Assembly (NCBI GenBank): GCA_963843975.1
Contig: CAWJMG010000001.1
Coordinates: forward strand, 60,001 to 92,000
Direction: 5' to 3'
DNA: 32,000 nucleotides
Source: an uncultured Actinomycetes bacterium
GTDB taxonomy: Bacteria; Actinomycetota; Actinomycetes; S36-B12; CAIYMF01
Shown here: one piece after another, positions 22,924 through 31,744 of the stretch
Layout of the letters: each line of letters starts with the position of its first letter
Position numbering within the stretch: position 1 is the first letter of the stretch
Program-made: the position numbers and the translations under genes
The notes under the pieces: model-generated
Database searches by the model: none
What the model saw: only the letters and a program-made list of their open reading frames with translations
What the model was told of the DNA's origin: nothing

Positions 22924-23892
22924 TCAGAGCGACAGACCGGCCACGAGCTTGTCGGCGGCGGCGTACGGGTCGGTGTCGCCCGCCGCGACACGGTCGGCGA
23001 GCGAGTCGAGGGTGGCATCGCCCCGAAGGTCGCCGATGCGGGCGCGCAGCAGGCCGAACGCGATCGCCTCGATCTCGCCGGCCGCCCGGACACGGCGCCG
23101 GGCCGCGAGCTCGCCGCTGCGCTCGAGCCACGCGCGGTGCTCGAACAGCGCCTCGACGAGCTCCTCGGCGCCTTCGCCCTTGGCCGCGACGGTCTTGAGC
23201 ACGGGTGGCTTCCACGGGTCGTCGGCGGGGCCTGACCGCGGGCCCGCCCCGAGCGTGAGCATGTGCCGGAGCTCGCGGAGCGTCGACTCGGCGCCGTCGC
23301 GGTCGGCCTTGTTGACGACGAACAGGTCGCCGATCTCGAGGATGCCCGCTTTGGCCGCCTGGATGCCGTCGCCCATGCCCGGTGCGAGGAGCACCACGGT
23401 GGTGTCGGCCGCACCCGCGACCTCGACCTCGCTCTGCCCGACGCCCACGGTCTCCACGAGCACGACGTCGCACCCCGCAGCGTCGAGCACGCGCACCGCC
23501 TGAGGCGTGGCCCACGACAGGCCGCCCAGGTGGCCGCGCGAAGCCATCGACCGGATGAACACCTGCGGATCGGTCGCGTGCTCCTGCATCCGTACGCGGT
23601 CGCCGAGCAGCGCCCCGCCGGAGAACGGCGACGACGGGTCGACCGCGAGCACGCCCACCCGGAGGTCGCGGGCGCGCAGCCGCGTCACGATCGCGGACGT
23701 CGACGTCGACTTGCCCACGCCGGGCGCGCCGGTGATCCCGATGACGTGGGCCCGGCCCGCGTGCGGCGCGAGCGCGGCGGTGACCTCACGCAGCAGCGGC
23801 GAGGCGTCCTCGACGAACGAGATCAGCCGGGCGACCGCGCGAGGCTGGCCCTCGCGCGCCCGCGTGACGAGATCGTCGACGTCGACAGCCAC
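22924..23892 (-). CDS. meaB: MeaB/ArgK-type G3E GTPase (B12-mutase chaperone family)
   Basis: 322-aa ORF starting at GTG. Blocks seen: GITGAPGVGKSTS, ILGDR-type LLGDRVRM, LVETVGVGQSE and VVNKADRDGA. It begins 16 nt after the thiolase stop. Confidence 0.9.
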   Translation of the reverse strand: MAVDVDDLVTRAREGQPRAVARLISFVEDASPLLREVTAALAPHAGRAHVIGITGAPGVGKSTSTSAIVTRLRARDLRVGVLAVDPSSPFSGGALLGDRVRMQEHATDPQVFIRSMASRGHLGGLSWATPQAVRVLDAAGCDVVLVETVGVGQSEVEVAGAADTTVVLLAPGMGDGIQAAKAGILEIGDLFVVNKADRDGAESTLRELRHMLTLGAGPRSGPADDPWKPPVLKTVAAKGEGAEELVEALFEHRAWLERSGELAARRRVRAAGEIEAIAFGLLRARIGDLRGDATLDSLADRVAAGDTDPYAAADKLVAGLSL

Positions 23893-23908
23893 CGGTCGGT
23901 CAGCGCCG

Positions 23909-25096
23909 TCAGGCCGACGGGACGCGCACGATCAGGGCGTCGCCCTGGCCGCCGCCACCGCACAGCGCGGCAGCACCGACACCGCCGCCGCGACGCTTGA
24001 GCTCGAGCGCGAGGTGGAGCACCACGCGCGCGCCGCTCATGCCGACGGGGTGGCCGAGGGCGATGGCGCCGCCGTTGACGTTGACCTTCTCCGGGTCGAC
24101 GCCGAGCTTGGCGGTGCTGGCGAGTCCGACGGCCGCGAAGGCCTCGTTGATCTCGACGAGGTCGAGGTCGGACACCTCGAGGCTCTCGCGCGCGAGCGCC
24201 TTGAGGATCGCGTTGGCGGGCTGCTCCTGCAGCGAGGCGTCCGGGCCGGCCACGACGCCGTGGGCGCCTATCTCGGCGAGCCAGGTGAGGCCGAGCGACT
24301 CGGCCTTCTCCTTGCTCATCACGACGACTGCGGCGGCGCCGTCGGAGATCTGCGACGACGAGCCGGCGGTGATGGTGCCGTCCTTCGCGAACGCCGGGCG
24401 GAGCTTGCCGAGCGACTCGGCCGTGGTGTCGGCGCGGATGCCCTCGTCCTCGGAGAAGACGATCGGGTCGCCCTTACGGCTCGGGATCTCGACGGGGACG
24501 ATCTCCTCGGCGAACACGCCGTTCTTCTGCGCGATCGCGGCGAGCTGGTGCGAGCGGGCCGAGAACTCGTCCTGAGCCTCGCGGGTGACCAGCGGGTACT
24601 TCGCGTTGTGGTTCTCGGTCGAGATGCCCATCGCGACCTGGTCGAATGCGCACGTGAGCGCGTCGAACGCCATCGAGTCGACGAGCGTGACGTCGCCGTA
24701 CTTGTAGCCCTCGCGGCTCTTCGGCAGCAGGTGCGGCGCGTTGGTCATCGACTCCATGCCGCCGGCGACGACGATCTCGAACTCGCCCGCGCGGATGAGC
24801 TGGTCGGCCAGCGCGATGGCGTCGAGGCCGGAGAGGCAGACCTTGTTGATCGTGAGGGCGGGCACGTCCATGGGGATGCCGGCCTTGACCGCGGCCTGGC
24901 GGGCGGTGATCTGCCCCGCGCCGGCCTGGATGACCTGGCCCATGATCACGTAGTCGACCTGGTCGGGCGCGACGCCGGAGCGCTCGAGCGCGCCCTTGAT
25001 CGCGACACCGCCGAGGTCGGCACCGGTGAAGCCCTTGAGGGAGCCGAGGAGTCGGCCCATGGGGGTGCGTGCGCCTGCCACGATGACGTTCACCAC
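23909..25096 (-). CDS. acetyl-CoA C-acetyltransferase (thiolase II)
   Basis: 395-aa ORF. Blocks seen: [13 protein letters not shown] (nucleophile Cys), [19 protein letters not shown] and [15 protein letters not shown] lies 6 nt upstream of the GTG. Confidence 0.95.
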   Translation of the reverse strand: MVNVIVAGARTPMGRLLGSLKGFTGADLGGVAIKGALERSGVAPDQVDYVIMGQVIQAGAGQITARQAAVKAGIPMDVPALTINKVCLSGLDAIALADQLIRAGEFEIVVAGGMESMTNAPHLLPKSREGYKYGDVTLVDSMAFDALTCAFDQVAMGISTENHNAKYPLVTREAQDEFSARSHQLAAIAQKNGVFAEEIVPVEIPSRKGDPIVFSEDEGIRADTTAESLGKLRPAFAKDGTITAGSSSQISDGAAAVVVMSKEKAESLGLTWLAEIGAHGVVAGPDASLQEQPANAILKALARESLEVSDLDLVEINEAFAAVGLASTAKLGVDPEKVNVNGGAIALGHPVGMSGARVVLHLALELKRRGGGVGAAALCGGGGQGDALIVRVPSA

Positions 25097-25152
25097 GTCG
25101 AACTCCTGACCTTCTGCCGGACACCGGTACCTGGGCTTGCCACGATAGACCC

Positions 25153-25605
25153 GTGAGTACCCCTACCCCCGCAGAGGCCCTGGGCCCCGTGGTCACCGCG
25201 ATCGACCACGTCGGGTTCGCCGTCCGAGACCTCGACGAGGCGGTCGCCTTCTACGGCCGCGCGTTCGGTCTCCCCCTCCTGCACGAGGAGGTGAACGAGG
25301 AGCAGGGCGTCCGCGAGGCGATGGTCGGCATCGGCGACTCCGCGATCCAGCTGCTCGCCCCGCTGCGGCCGGACTCCCCCATCGGGAAGTTCCTCGAACG
25401 CAACGGCGAGGGCATCCAGCAGGTGGCGTTCCGGGTGTCGGACATCGACGTCGCGGCCGAGCGCCTGCGTGCCGCCGGCCTGCGCCTGCTGTACGACGTC
25501 CCCAAGCGCGGGACGGCCGACTCGCGGGTGAACTTCGTGCACCCCAAGGACTGCGGCGGCGTCCTGGTCGAGCTCGTCGAGCCCGCGGCCGACGCGCACC
25601 ACTGA
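25153..25605 (+). CDS. mce: methylmalonyl/ethylmalonyl-CoA epimerase (VOC fold)
   Basis: 150-aa ORF starting at GTG. Blocks seen: [31 protein letters not shown] and [18 protein letters not shown]. It is divergent from the thiolase gene. Confidence 0.9.
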   Translation: MSTPTPAEALGPVVTAIDHVGFAVRDLDEAVAFYGRAFGLPLLHEEVNEEQGVREAMVGIGDSAIQLLAPLRPDSPIGKFLERNGEGIQQVAFRVSDIDVAAERLRAAGLRLLYDVPKRGTADSRVNFVHPKDCGGVLVELVEPAADAHH

Positions 25606-25765
25606 CCCCCGTCGCCTGCGCAGCAGGTGGAAGCGGTTGCGGCGTCAACCGTCGCACCCTGCCTGGTCGGACCGGTACATGCCCTGGTTAGCGTCGGTTC
25701 ACGGACGCGACCGGCGCGTACCGACCGACCTGCTCCCGAGCAGTACGCCGACCCTGGAGGCCGAC

Positions 25766-27104
25766 GTGAAGAAGATCCTCGACACGATCCTGTCCGGCAC
25801 CGCGACGACCGCGGACTTCGCCGCCCTGGAGATCCCCGAGTCCTACCGCGGCATCACCGTGCACAAGGACGAGCAGGAGATGTTCGCCGGCAAGTCGACG
25901 TGGGAGAAGGACCCTCGCGAGTCGCTGCACCTCGACGACGTCCCCGTGCCCGAGCTCGGTCCGGGCGAGGCCCTCGTGGCGGTCATGGCGAGCGCCGTCA
26001 ACTTCAACACCGTCTGGTCCGCGATCTTCGAGCCGGTCTCCACCTTCGGCTACCTCGAGCGCTATGGCCGCACGAACCCCATCGCCAAGCGGCACGACCT
26101 GCCCTACCACGTCATCGGCTCCGACCTCGCGGGCGTCGTCCTCCGCACCGGCCCCGGCGTCCACACGTGGAACCCCGGTGACGAGGTCGTCGCGCACTGC
26201 CTGTCGGTCGAGCTCGAGAGCCCGCTCGGCCACAACGACACGATGCTCGATCCGGAGCAGCGCATCTGGGGGTACGAGACCAACTTCGGCGGCCTCGCCG
26301 AACTCGCGATCGTCAAGGCCAACCAGCTGCTGCACAAGCCCACGCACCTCACGTGGGAGGAGGCGGCATCGCCTGGTCTCGTGAACTCCACGGCGTACCG
26401 CCAGCTCGTGTCGCAGAACGGCGCCGGCATGAAGCAGGGCGACACCGTCCTCATCTGGGGCGCCTCAGGCGGCCTTGGCTCGTACGCCACGCAGATGGCC
26501 CTCAACGGCGGCGCGACCCCGGTCTGCGTGGTGTCGAGCCCCGACAAGGCCGACATCTGCCGCGCGATGGGCGCCGAGCTGATCATCGACCGCAAGGCCG
26601 AGGGCTACACGTTCTGGAAGGACGAGCACACCCAGGACCCGAAGGAGTGGCGCCGCCTCGGTGCAAAGATCCGCGAGCTCACCGGTGGCGACGACGTCGA
26701 CATCGTCTTCGAGCACCCGGGCCGTGAGACCTTCGGCGCCTCGGTCTACGTCGCCCGTAAGGGCGGCACGATCGTCACGTGCGCGTCGACCTCGGGCTAC
26801 ATGCACGAGTACGACAACCGCTTCCTCTGGATGAACCTCAAGCGCATCGTCGGCTCGCACTTCGCGAACTACCGTGAGGCCTGGGAGGCCAACCGCCTCA
26901 TCCAGCGCGGCAAGATCCATCCCACGCTGTCCAAGGCCTACAGCCTCGAGGACACCGGCCAGGCGGCGTACGACGTCCACCGCAACCTGCACCAGGGCAA
27001 GGTCGGTGTCCTCTGCCTCGCACCCGAGGAGGGCCTCGGCGTCCGCGACGCCGAGGCTCCGCGCCAAGCACCTGACCGAGATCAACCGCTTCAGGAACCT
27101 CTAG
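25766..27104 (+). CDS. ccr: crotonyl-CoA carboxylase/reductase, with an apparent +1 frameshift about 16 codons before the natural stop (possible pseudogene or sequence error)
   Basis: GGAGG lies 5 nt upstream of GTG 25766 (VKKILDTILSG). Blocks seen: ITVHKDEQEMFAG, LPYHVIGSDLAGVV, WGYETNFGGLAE, IWGASGGLGSYATQ, CASTSGYMHEYDNRFLWM and HQGKVGVLCLAPEEGLGVRDAE. After GAG 27053-27055, the family-typical end LRAKHLTEINRFRNL* is read only in the next frame (CTC 27057 to TAG 27102-27104). The in-frame continuation to 27700 is antisense to the hydrolase gene. Confidence 0.85.
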
Positions 27105-27114
27105 CCGCGCAGCC

Positions 27115-27166
27115 CGATTTGGTAGTGCTACGGCGTCACATTGGCCGCCTTAGCACTACCAAATCG
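27115..27166. repeat. 52-bp palindrome, copy 2 of the dispersed element (CGATTTGGTAGTGCTACGGCG tcacattggc CGCCTTAGCACTACCAAATCG)
   Basis: 21-bp arms with one mismatch and a 10-nt loop. It fills the 67-bp gap between the convergent ccr (stop 27104) and hydrolase (stop 27172) genes. By hand alignment, 40 of 50 positions are identical to copy 1. Confidence 0.85.
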
Positions 27167-27171
27167 GCGAC

Positions 27172-27951
27172 TCAGGTCGCCGAGGGGAGGCGCTCGACGT
27201 CGCGGAGGAAGGCGGTGATCGCCTCGGCCGTGGCCTCGGGCGCCTCGACGGCGGCGAGGTGGCCGCAGCCGGGGATCTCGACGAAGCGGGCGTCGCGCAT
27301 GGCGTCGACCATGAGGTCCTGCTCGGCGCGCGGCGAGAGCGTGTCCTCGCTGCCCCAGAGGACGAGGCCGGGGACCGCGAGCGAGGCGAGGTCGGCGAGC
27401 GAGTCGGGGCGGGCGGCCATCGCGCGCTGGGCGATCGCGACGCCGATCGGGTCGGCCTCGCGGATCCAGCCGCGGACCCTCTCGACCACGTCGGGGCGGG
27501 TCTCGTGCGTGGTGGCGCCGAGGAGGTTCGGCAGCATCGCGCGCGACAGCGCCTCGGTCGACTCCGCCTCGAGCACCTGGGCGGCCACGCGGAGACGGTT
27601 GGTGCGCGCCTCCTCGGTGTCGGCGGTGGCCTTGGTGTCGACGAGTGCGAGGCCGGCGATGCGCGACGGGTCCTGCCGGATCATCTCCATGGCCACGTAG
27701 CCGCCGAGTGAGAGCCCGCAGACGACGACGTTCGACAGGCCGATCTGGTCGAGGATGCTGAGCACACCGCGCGCCTGTGCGGCGAGCGTCGGCGTCTCGT
27801 CGAGGTCGTCCTCGTCGAGCACGGACTCGCCGAATCCGATGAGGTCGGGGACGACGACGTCCCAGCCGCTGTCGGCGATCGGGCCGACGACGTCGTCCCA
27901 CATGCGCTTGTCGAGCGGGAACGCGTGCAGGAGCACGACTGCGGGGGCCAT
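27172..27951 (-). CDS. alpha/beta-fold hydrolase
   Basis: 259-aa ORF with MAPAVVLLHAFPLDKRMW, the nucleophile elbow VVCGLSLGGYVA and the late His block IPGCGHLAAVE. Confidence 0.85.
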   Translation of the reverse strand: MAPAVVLLHAFPLDKRMWDDVVGPIADSGWDVVVPDLIGFGESVLDEDDLDETPTLAAQARGVLSILDQIGLSNVVVCGLSLGGYVAMEMIRQDPSRIAGLALVDTKATADTEEARTNRLRVAAQVLEAESTEALSRAMLPNLLGATTHETRPDVVERVRGWIREADPIGVAIAQRAMAARPDSLADLASLAVPGLVLWGSEDTLSPRAEQDLMVDAMRDARFVEIPGCGHLAAVEAPEATAEAITAFLRDVERLPSAT

Positions 27952-27974
27952 GCGATGAACCTACAGAACGCCCG

Positions 27975-28739
27975 TCAGGGCATCGCCGACAGGCCGCCGT
28001 CGATGACCAGGGCCTGTCCGGTCATGAACGACGAGGCGTCCGAGGCGAGGAACACGGCCGGGTCCGCGATCTCGTGCGCGGCACCCCAGCGGGACATCGG
28101 CACCCGCGACAGCGTGCCCTTCTCGGCGTCCTCGTTGGCGCGCAGGAAGTCGGTCAGGTCCGTCTCGATCCAGCCGGGCACGAGGGCGTTCACGCGTACG
28201 CCGGCCCACGCGGTCTCGAGCGCCACCGACTGCGTCAGCGAGATGAGCGCGGCCTTCGAGGCGCCGTAGTGGCTCATCATCGGGGCACCGCGAAGCCCCG
28301 CGACCGACGCGATGTTGACGACGACGCCGCTGTGCCGCTCGAGGAAGTGCGGCAGCGTGGCCTGGAGCAGGTGCACGACCGAGTCGAGGTTGAGCCGCAG
28401 CGTCTTCTCCCATCCGGAGAAGCGCATGCCCGCCAGCGGCATCGAGAACGAGTTGCCGCCGGCGTTGTTCACGAGGATGTCGAGGTGACCGAGCTCGGAG
28501 ATCGCGCGGGCCACGGACGACTGCACGGCCTCGATGTCGGTGACGTCGCACGGCAGCACCACCGCGCGGCGGCCCTTCGCCTCGATGGCGGCGGCGACCT
28601 CGGCGAGCTTCTCGGCGTCACGCGCGAGGACGGCGACGTCCGCGCCGGCATCGGCGTACGCCTCGGCGATCGCCCGCCCGATGCCGCGCGAGGCACCCGT
28701 GACGAGCGCGGTCTTGCCGTCCAGCCGGAAGCTGCTCAC
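27975..28739 (-). CDS. short-chain dehydrogenase/reductase (classical SDR)
   Basis: GTG 28739 overlaps the upstream TGA as GTGA. Blocks seen: KTALVTGASRGIGRAIA, NNAG, YGASKAAL and PGWIETD. Length is 254 aa. The 329-aa track ORF extension is shadow sequence. Confidence 0.9.
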   Translation of the reverse strand: MSSFRLDGKTALVTGASRGIGRAIAEAYADAGADVAVLARDAEKLAEVAAAIEAKGRRAVVLPCDVTDIEAVQSSVARAISELGHLDILVNNAGGNSFSMPLAGMRFSGWEKTLRLNLDSVVHLLQATLPHFLERHSGVVVNIASVAGLRGAPMMSHYGASKAALISLTQSVALETAWAGVRVNALVPGWIETDLTDFLRANEDAEKGTLSRVPMSRWGAAHEIADPAVFLASDASSFMTGQALVIDGGLSAMP

Positions 28740-29473
28740 AGGTCGCTCCACCTCTCCATCGGGCCGTCCCAGTCGTAGTCGATCGTCGCGCCACCGGGGA
28801 CGATGCGCTCGACGATCGCGTCGTGCACGATCCTGACGTACTTCTCCCCCACCCACAGGTGCTTCGCGCCCTCGACGGCCACCACCTCGGCCTGCGGGAT
28901 GCGCGCGAAGCGCTCGCGCGCCTCGTCGGGCCGAAGGTAGTCGTCGAGCTCGGGCACGAGGCACGTGACCGGCCGCCCGGACGTGGCCCAGTGGTCGAGG
29001 TCGTCGTCGGTCGAGAAGCGCAGCGGCGGCGAGATGAGGATCGCGCCGAGGACGGGGTCGGTGTCACCGTGCTTCAGAACGACGTCGGTGCCGAACGACC
29101 AGCCCACCAGCCACGGGTCAGGAAGGCCGCGGTGGATGGTCTCGAGGACGGCGGCGACGAGGTCCTTGCCCTCGCCCTCGCCGCTGTCGAACGCGCCCTC
29201 GCTCGTGCCGGCAGGGCTCGTCGTGCCACGGGTGTTGAAGCGGAGCACCGCGACACCCGCCAGCGCCGGGAGCCGCCAGGCGGCCTTCCGGTAGAGGTGG
29301 CTGTCCATGAAGCCGCCGTGGGTCGGCAGCGGGTGCAGGCACACCATCGTCGCGACGGGGTCGCGGTCCTCCGGCAGCGCGAGCTCGCCGACCAGGCGCA
29401 GGCCGTCCGACGTCATCAGCGTCAGCGGCTCGCGCCGGGCGGGCAGCACGCTCCCCGCCACGATCTCCGCCAT
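28736..29473 (-). CDS. alpha/beta-fold hydrolase (short, 245 aa)
   Basis: ATG 29473 gives MAEIVAGSVLPARREPLTLMTSDGLRLVGEL. Blocks seen: VCLHPLPTHGG, the GxSxG elbow LVGWSFGTDV and a late H in GAKHLW. Confidence 0.8.
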   Translation of the reverse strand: MAEIVAGSVLPARREPLTLMTSDGLRLVGELALPEDRDPVATMVCLHPLPTHGGFMDSHLYRKAAWRLPALAGVAVLRFNTRGTTSPAGTSEGAFDSGEGEGKDLVAAVLETIHRGLPDPWLVGWSFGTDVVLKHGDTDPVLGAILISPPLRFSTDDDLDHWATSGRPVTCLVPELDDYLRPDEARERFARIPQAEVVAVEGAKHLWVGEKYVRIVHDAIVERIVPGGATIDYDWDGPMERWSDL

Positions 29474-29490
29474 GCAGGTCCTCCGGGTGC

Positions 29491-29796
29491 TCAGTGGCGC
29501 GGTGCGTTGCCGCGGCTGGTCCGCGGGCCGCGGCGGCCGCGGGCGTTCCAGCACGGGGTGTGCCAGTGCCGCCGGTCGTCCTCGCCCGACGGCCGGTCGG
29601 ACGGCCAGGCGACGACGTGCGGCACGCCGGGCCTGATCTCCTGGTCGCAGCCGGGGCAGCGGTAGGTCTTGGTCGCCGACGAACCGCTGATGCTCCGGAC
29701 GGCCCAGTCGCCGTCCGGGTGCTCCTCCACCTGCTGGAAGTCCCCACGCAGGGGACGCGGACCTGAGTCCTCCGCCCGACGGTTGCGACGTGCCAC
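29491..29796 (-). CDS. small conserved actinobacterial zinc-ribbon-like protein (101 aa)
   Basis: GTG 29796 lies 14 nt after the upstream stop. The sequence is VARRNRRAEDSGPRPLRGDFQQVEEHPDGDWAVRSISGSSATKTYRCPGCDQEIRPGVPHVVAWP...RRHWHTPCW, followed by a basic tail. CPGC plus H/C residues suggest a metal knuckle. Confidence 0.7.
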   Translation of the reverse strand: MARRNRRAEDSGPRPLRGDFQQVEEHPDGDWAVRSISGSSATKTYRCPGCDQEIRPGVPHVVAWPSDRPSGEDDRRHWHTPCWNARGRRGPRTSRGNAPRH

Positions 29797-29810
29797 CCGT
29801 CGATCGTAGG

Positions 29811-31589
29811 TCAGTCGTAGGTGCGGAACCCGCGGCCGGTCTTGCGGCCGAGGTATCCGGCCGTCACGAGGTGCTCGAGGCGCGGGGCCGGGGCGAAGCC
29901 GGGCTCGCGGAACTCGAGGTACAGCGTGCGCTGGATCGCGAGCGACACATCCAGCCCGACGACGTCGAGCAGCTCGAACGGACCCATCGGGTAGCCGCAA
30001 CCGGTCTTCATGGCGGTGTCGATGTCGTCGGCCGTGGCGTAGTTGGCCTCGAGCATGCGCACGGCGTCGTTGAGGTACGGGAACAGCAGCGCGTTGACGA
30101 TGAACCCTGCGCGGTCGCCGCACGTCACCGGGTGCTTGCCGATGCGCTTGCAGAGGTCGACCGCGGTGGCCACGACGTCGGCCGCGGTCGCGACCGTCGA
30201 GACGACCTCGACCAGCTTCATGATCGGCGCCGGGTTGAAGAAGTGCAGGCCCACGACGTCCTGCGGGTACTTCGTGACGGCCGCGAGGTCGACGACCGAG
30301 AGGCTCGACGTCGTCGTGGCGAGGATCGCTCCCGGCTTGCAGATCTCGTCGAGCGCCTCGAACAGCACCGTCTTCACCGCGAGGTCCTCGACGACCGCCT
30401 CGACGACGAGGTCGACGTCGGCGAGGTCGTCGAGGCTCGTCGTGCCGGACACGATCGCGAGCGCGACGTCGCGCGCCTCCTGCGTGAGCTTGCCGCGGGC
30501 CACGCCCTTGTCGAGCGAGCGCTCGAGGTTGTGGCGGACTCGCGCGACCTTGTCGTCACCGCGGGCGACGTACAGCACCGGGATCCCGGCCTTGGCGAAG
30601 ACCTCGATGATGCCCGTGGCCATGGTGCCCGAGCCCACGACGCCGACCTTGTCGACCGGGCGCAGCGGGGTGTCGGACGCCCCGCCCTCGACCGGGGTGA
30701 GCGCGTCGGCGATCACGACGGGCGAGTTGGGCGCCTCGTACGTGTAGAAGCCGCGGCCGGTCTTGCGACCGCGCAGGCCCGCGGTGACCATCTGCTTGAG
30801 CGCGGGGCTGGGGGCGTGCAGGCGGTCGCGGCCCTGCTTGTACATCGTGTCGAGGATCTCGTACGCCGTGTCGAGACCGATGAGGTCGAGCAGCGCGAGC
30901 GGGCCCATGGGGAGGCCGCAGCCGAGCTTCATCGACGCGTCGATGTCCTCGCGCGTCGCGTACTTCGTCTCGAACATCGACACCGCGTGGTTGAGGTAGC
31001 CGAAGAGCAGCGCGTTGGCGATGAAGCCGGCCTTGTCGTCGACGACGACCGGCAGCTTGTCGAGCGAGGAGGCGAGCGCCTCGACGTCGGCGACGACGTC
31101 GGGTGCAGACACGACCGTGCGCACGACCTCGACGAACTTCAGCACCGGGGCCGGGTTGAAGAAGTGCATGCCGACGACCTGCGCCGGCCGCTTGGTCGCG
31201 ACGGCGATGTCGGTGACAGACAGGGACGACGTGTTGCTCGCGAGGATGGCGTCGGGCCCGACGATCGCGTCCAGCTGCTCGAAGATGCCGCGCTTGAGGT
31301 CGAGGCTCTCGCTGACCGCCTCGACGACGAGATCGCGGTCGGCGAGGTCGGCGAGATCGGTGCCGAAGCGGATCCGGCCGATGATCGCGGCGCGCTCCTC
31401 CTCAGTGGCCTTCCCGCGCTTCACGGCGCGGGCGGTGGAGCCCTCCACGTGGCCGCGCCCGCGCTCGACCGCCGCGTCGTTCGCGTCGATGCCGACGACG
31501 TCGTAGCCGTGGGAGGCGAACACCTCCGCGATACCGGCACCCATGGTGCCGAGGCCGACGACACCGATCCGCTTGATGTCACGCGACAT
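29811..31589 (-). CDS. tandem-duplicated 3-hydroxyacyl-CoA (3-hydroxybutyryl-CoA) dehydrogenase, two complete modules in one 592-aa protein
   Basis: Module 1 has [14 protein letters not shown]...SNTSSLSV...[19 protein letters not shown]...GFIANALL...[11 protein letters not shown]. Module 2 has [14 protein letters not shown]...TTTSSLSV...[19 protein letters not shown]...GFIVNALL...[17 protein letters not shown] precedes the ATG. Confidence 0.92.
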   Translation of the reverse strand: MSRDIKRIGVVGLGTMGAGIAEVFASHGYDVVGIDANDAAVERGRGHVEGSTARAVKRGKATEEERAAIIGRIRFGTDLADLADRDLVVEAVSESLDLKRGIFEQLDAIVGPDAILASNTSSLSVTDIAVATKRPAQVVGMHFFNPAPVLKFVEVVRTVVSAPDVVADVEALASSLDKLPVVVDDKAGFIANALLFGYLNHAVSMFETKYATREDIDASMKLGCGLPMGPLALLDLIGLDTAYEILDTMYKQGRDRLHAPSPALKQMVTAGLRGRKTGRGFYTYEAPNSPVVIADALTPVEGGASDTPLRPVDKVGVVGSGTMATGIIEVFAKAGIPVLYVARGDDKVARVRHNLERSLDKGVARGKLTQEARDVALAIVSGTTSLDDLADVDLVVEAVVEDLAVKTVLFEALDEICKPGAILATTTSSLSVVDLAAVTKYPQDVVGLHFFNPAPIMKLVEVVSTVATAADVVATAVDLCKRIGKHPVTCGDRAGFIVNALLFPYLNDAVRMLEANYATADDIDTAMKTGCGYPMGPFELLDVVGLDVSLAIQRTLYLEFREPGFAPAPRLEHLVTAGYLGRKTGRGFRTYD

Positions 31590-31744
31590 GGACGAGCTCC
31601 TCAGATGCGCACGCCCCGCCCGGGTACGCCGGGATCGGGCGACCGCGGCGGCGAGGTCGATCCCATCGTGGCACCCGGACGTACCGGAAGCAGAGCCCGG
31701 GTCGCGGCCACCCGGAGCCCGCCGGGACCGGGTCAGGCACTAGC

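Noticed and set aside
22924-23892. Idea that the G3E GTPase upstream of the accessory-less urease substitutes for UreG
   Set aside because: Its signature blocks (GAPGVGKST, ETVGVGQSE, NKADR) are those of MeaB/ArgK rather than UreG. It is coupled to the thiolase gene, and a 188-bp gap separates it from the lipoprotein-urease unit.
19701-25156. Plus-strand ORFs 19701-21737, 21473-23503 and 23507-25156, and minus ORFs 22140-23414 and 20404-21186
   Set aside because: They are antisense or off-frame shadows of ureC, ureAB, the lipoprotein, meaB and the thiolase. All are low-complexity and lack motifs.
27105-27700. In-frame read-through of ccr to 27700 as a genuine C-terminal extension
   Set aside because: The extension is antisense to the hydrolase gene and is Ser/Ala/Arg-rich nonsense. 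It also crosses the palindromic element. The family-typical C-terminus is present one frame over.
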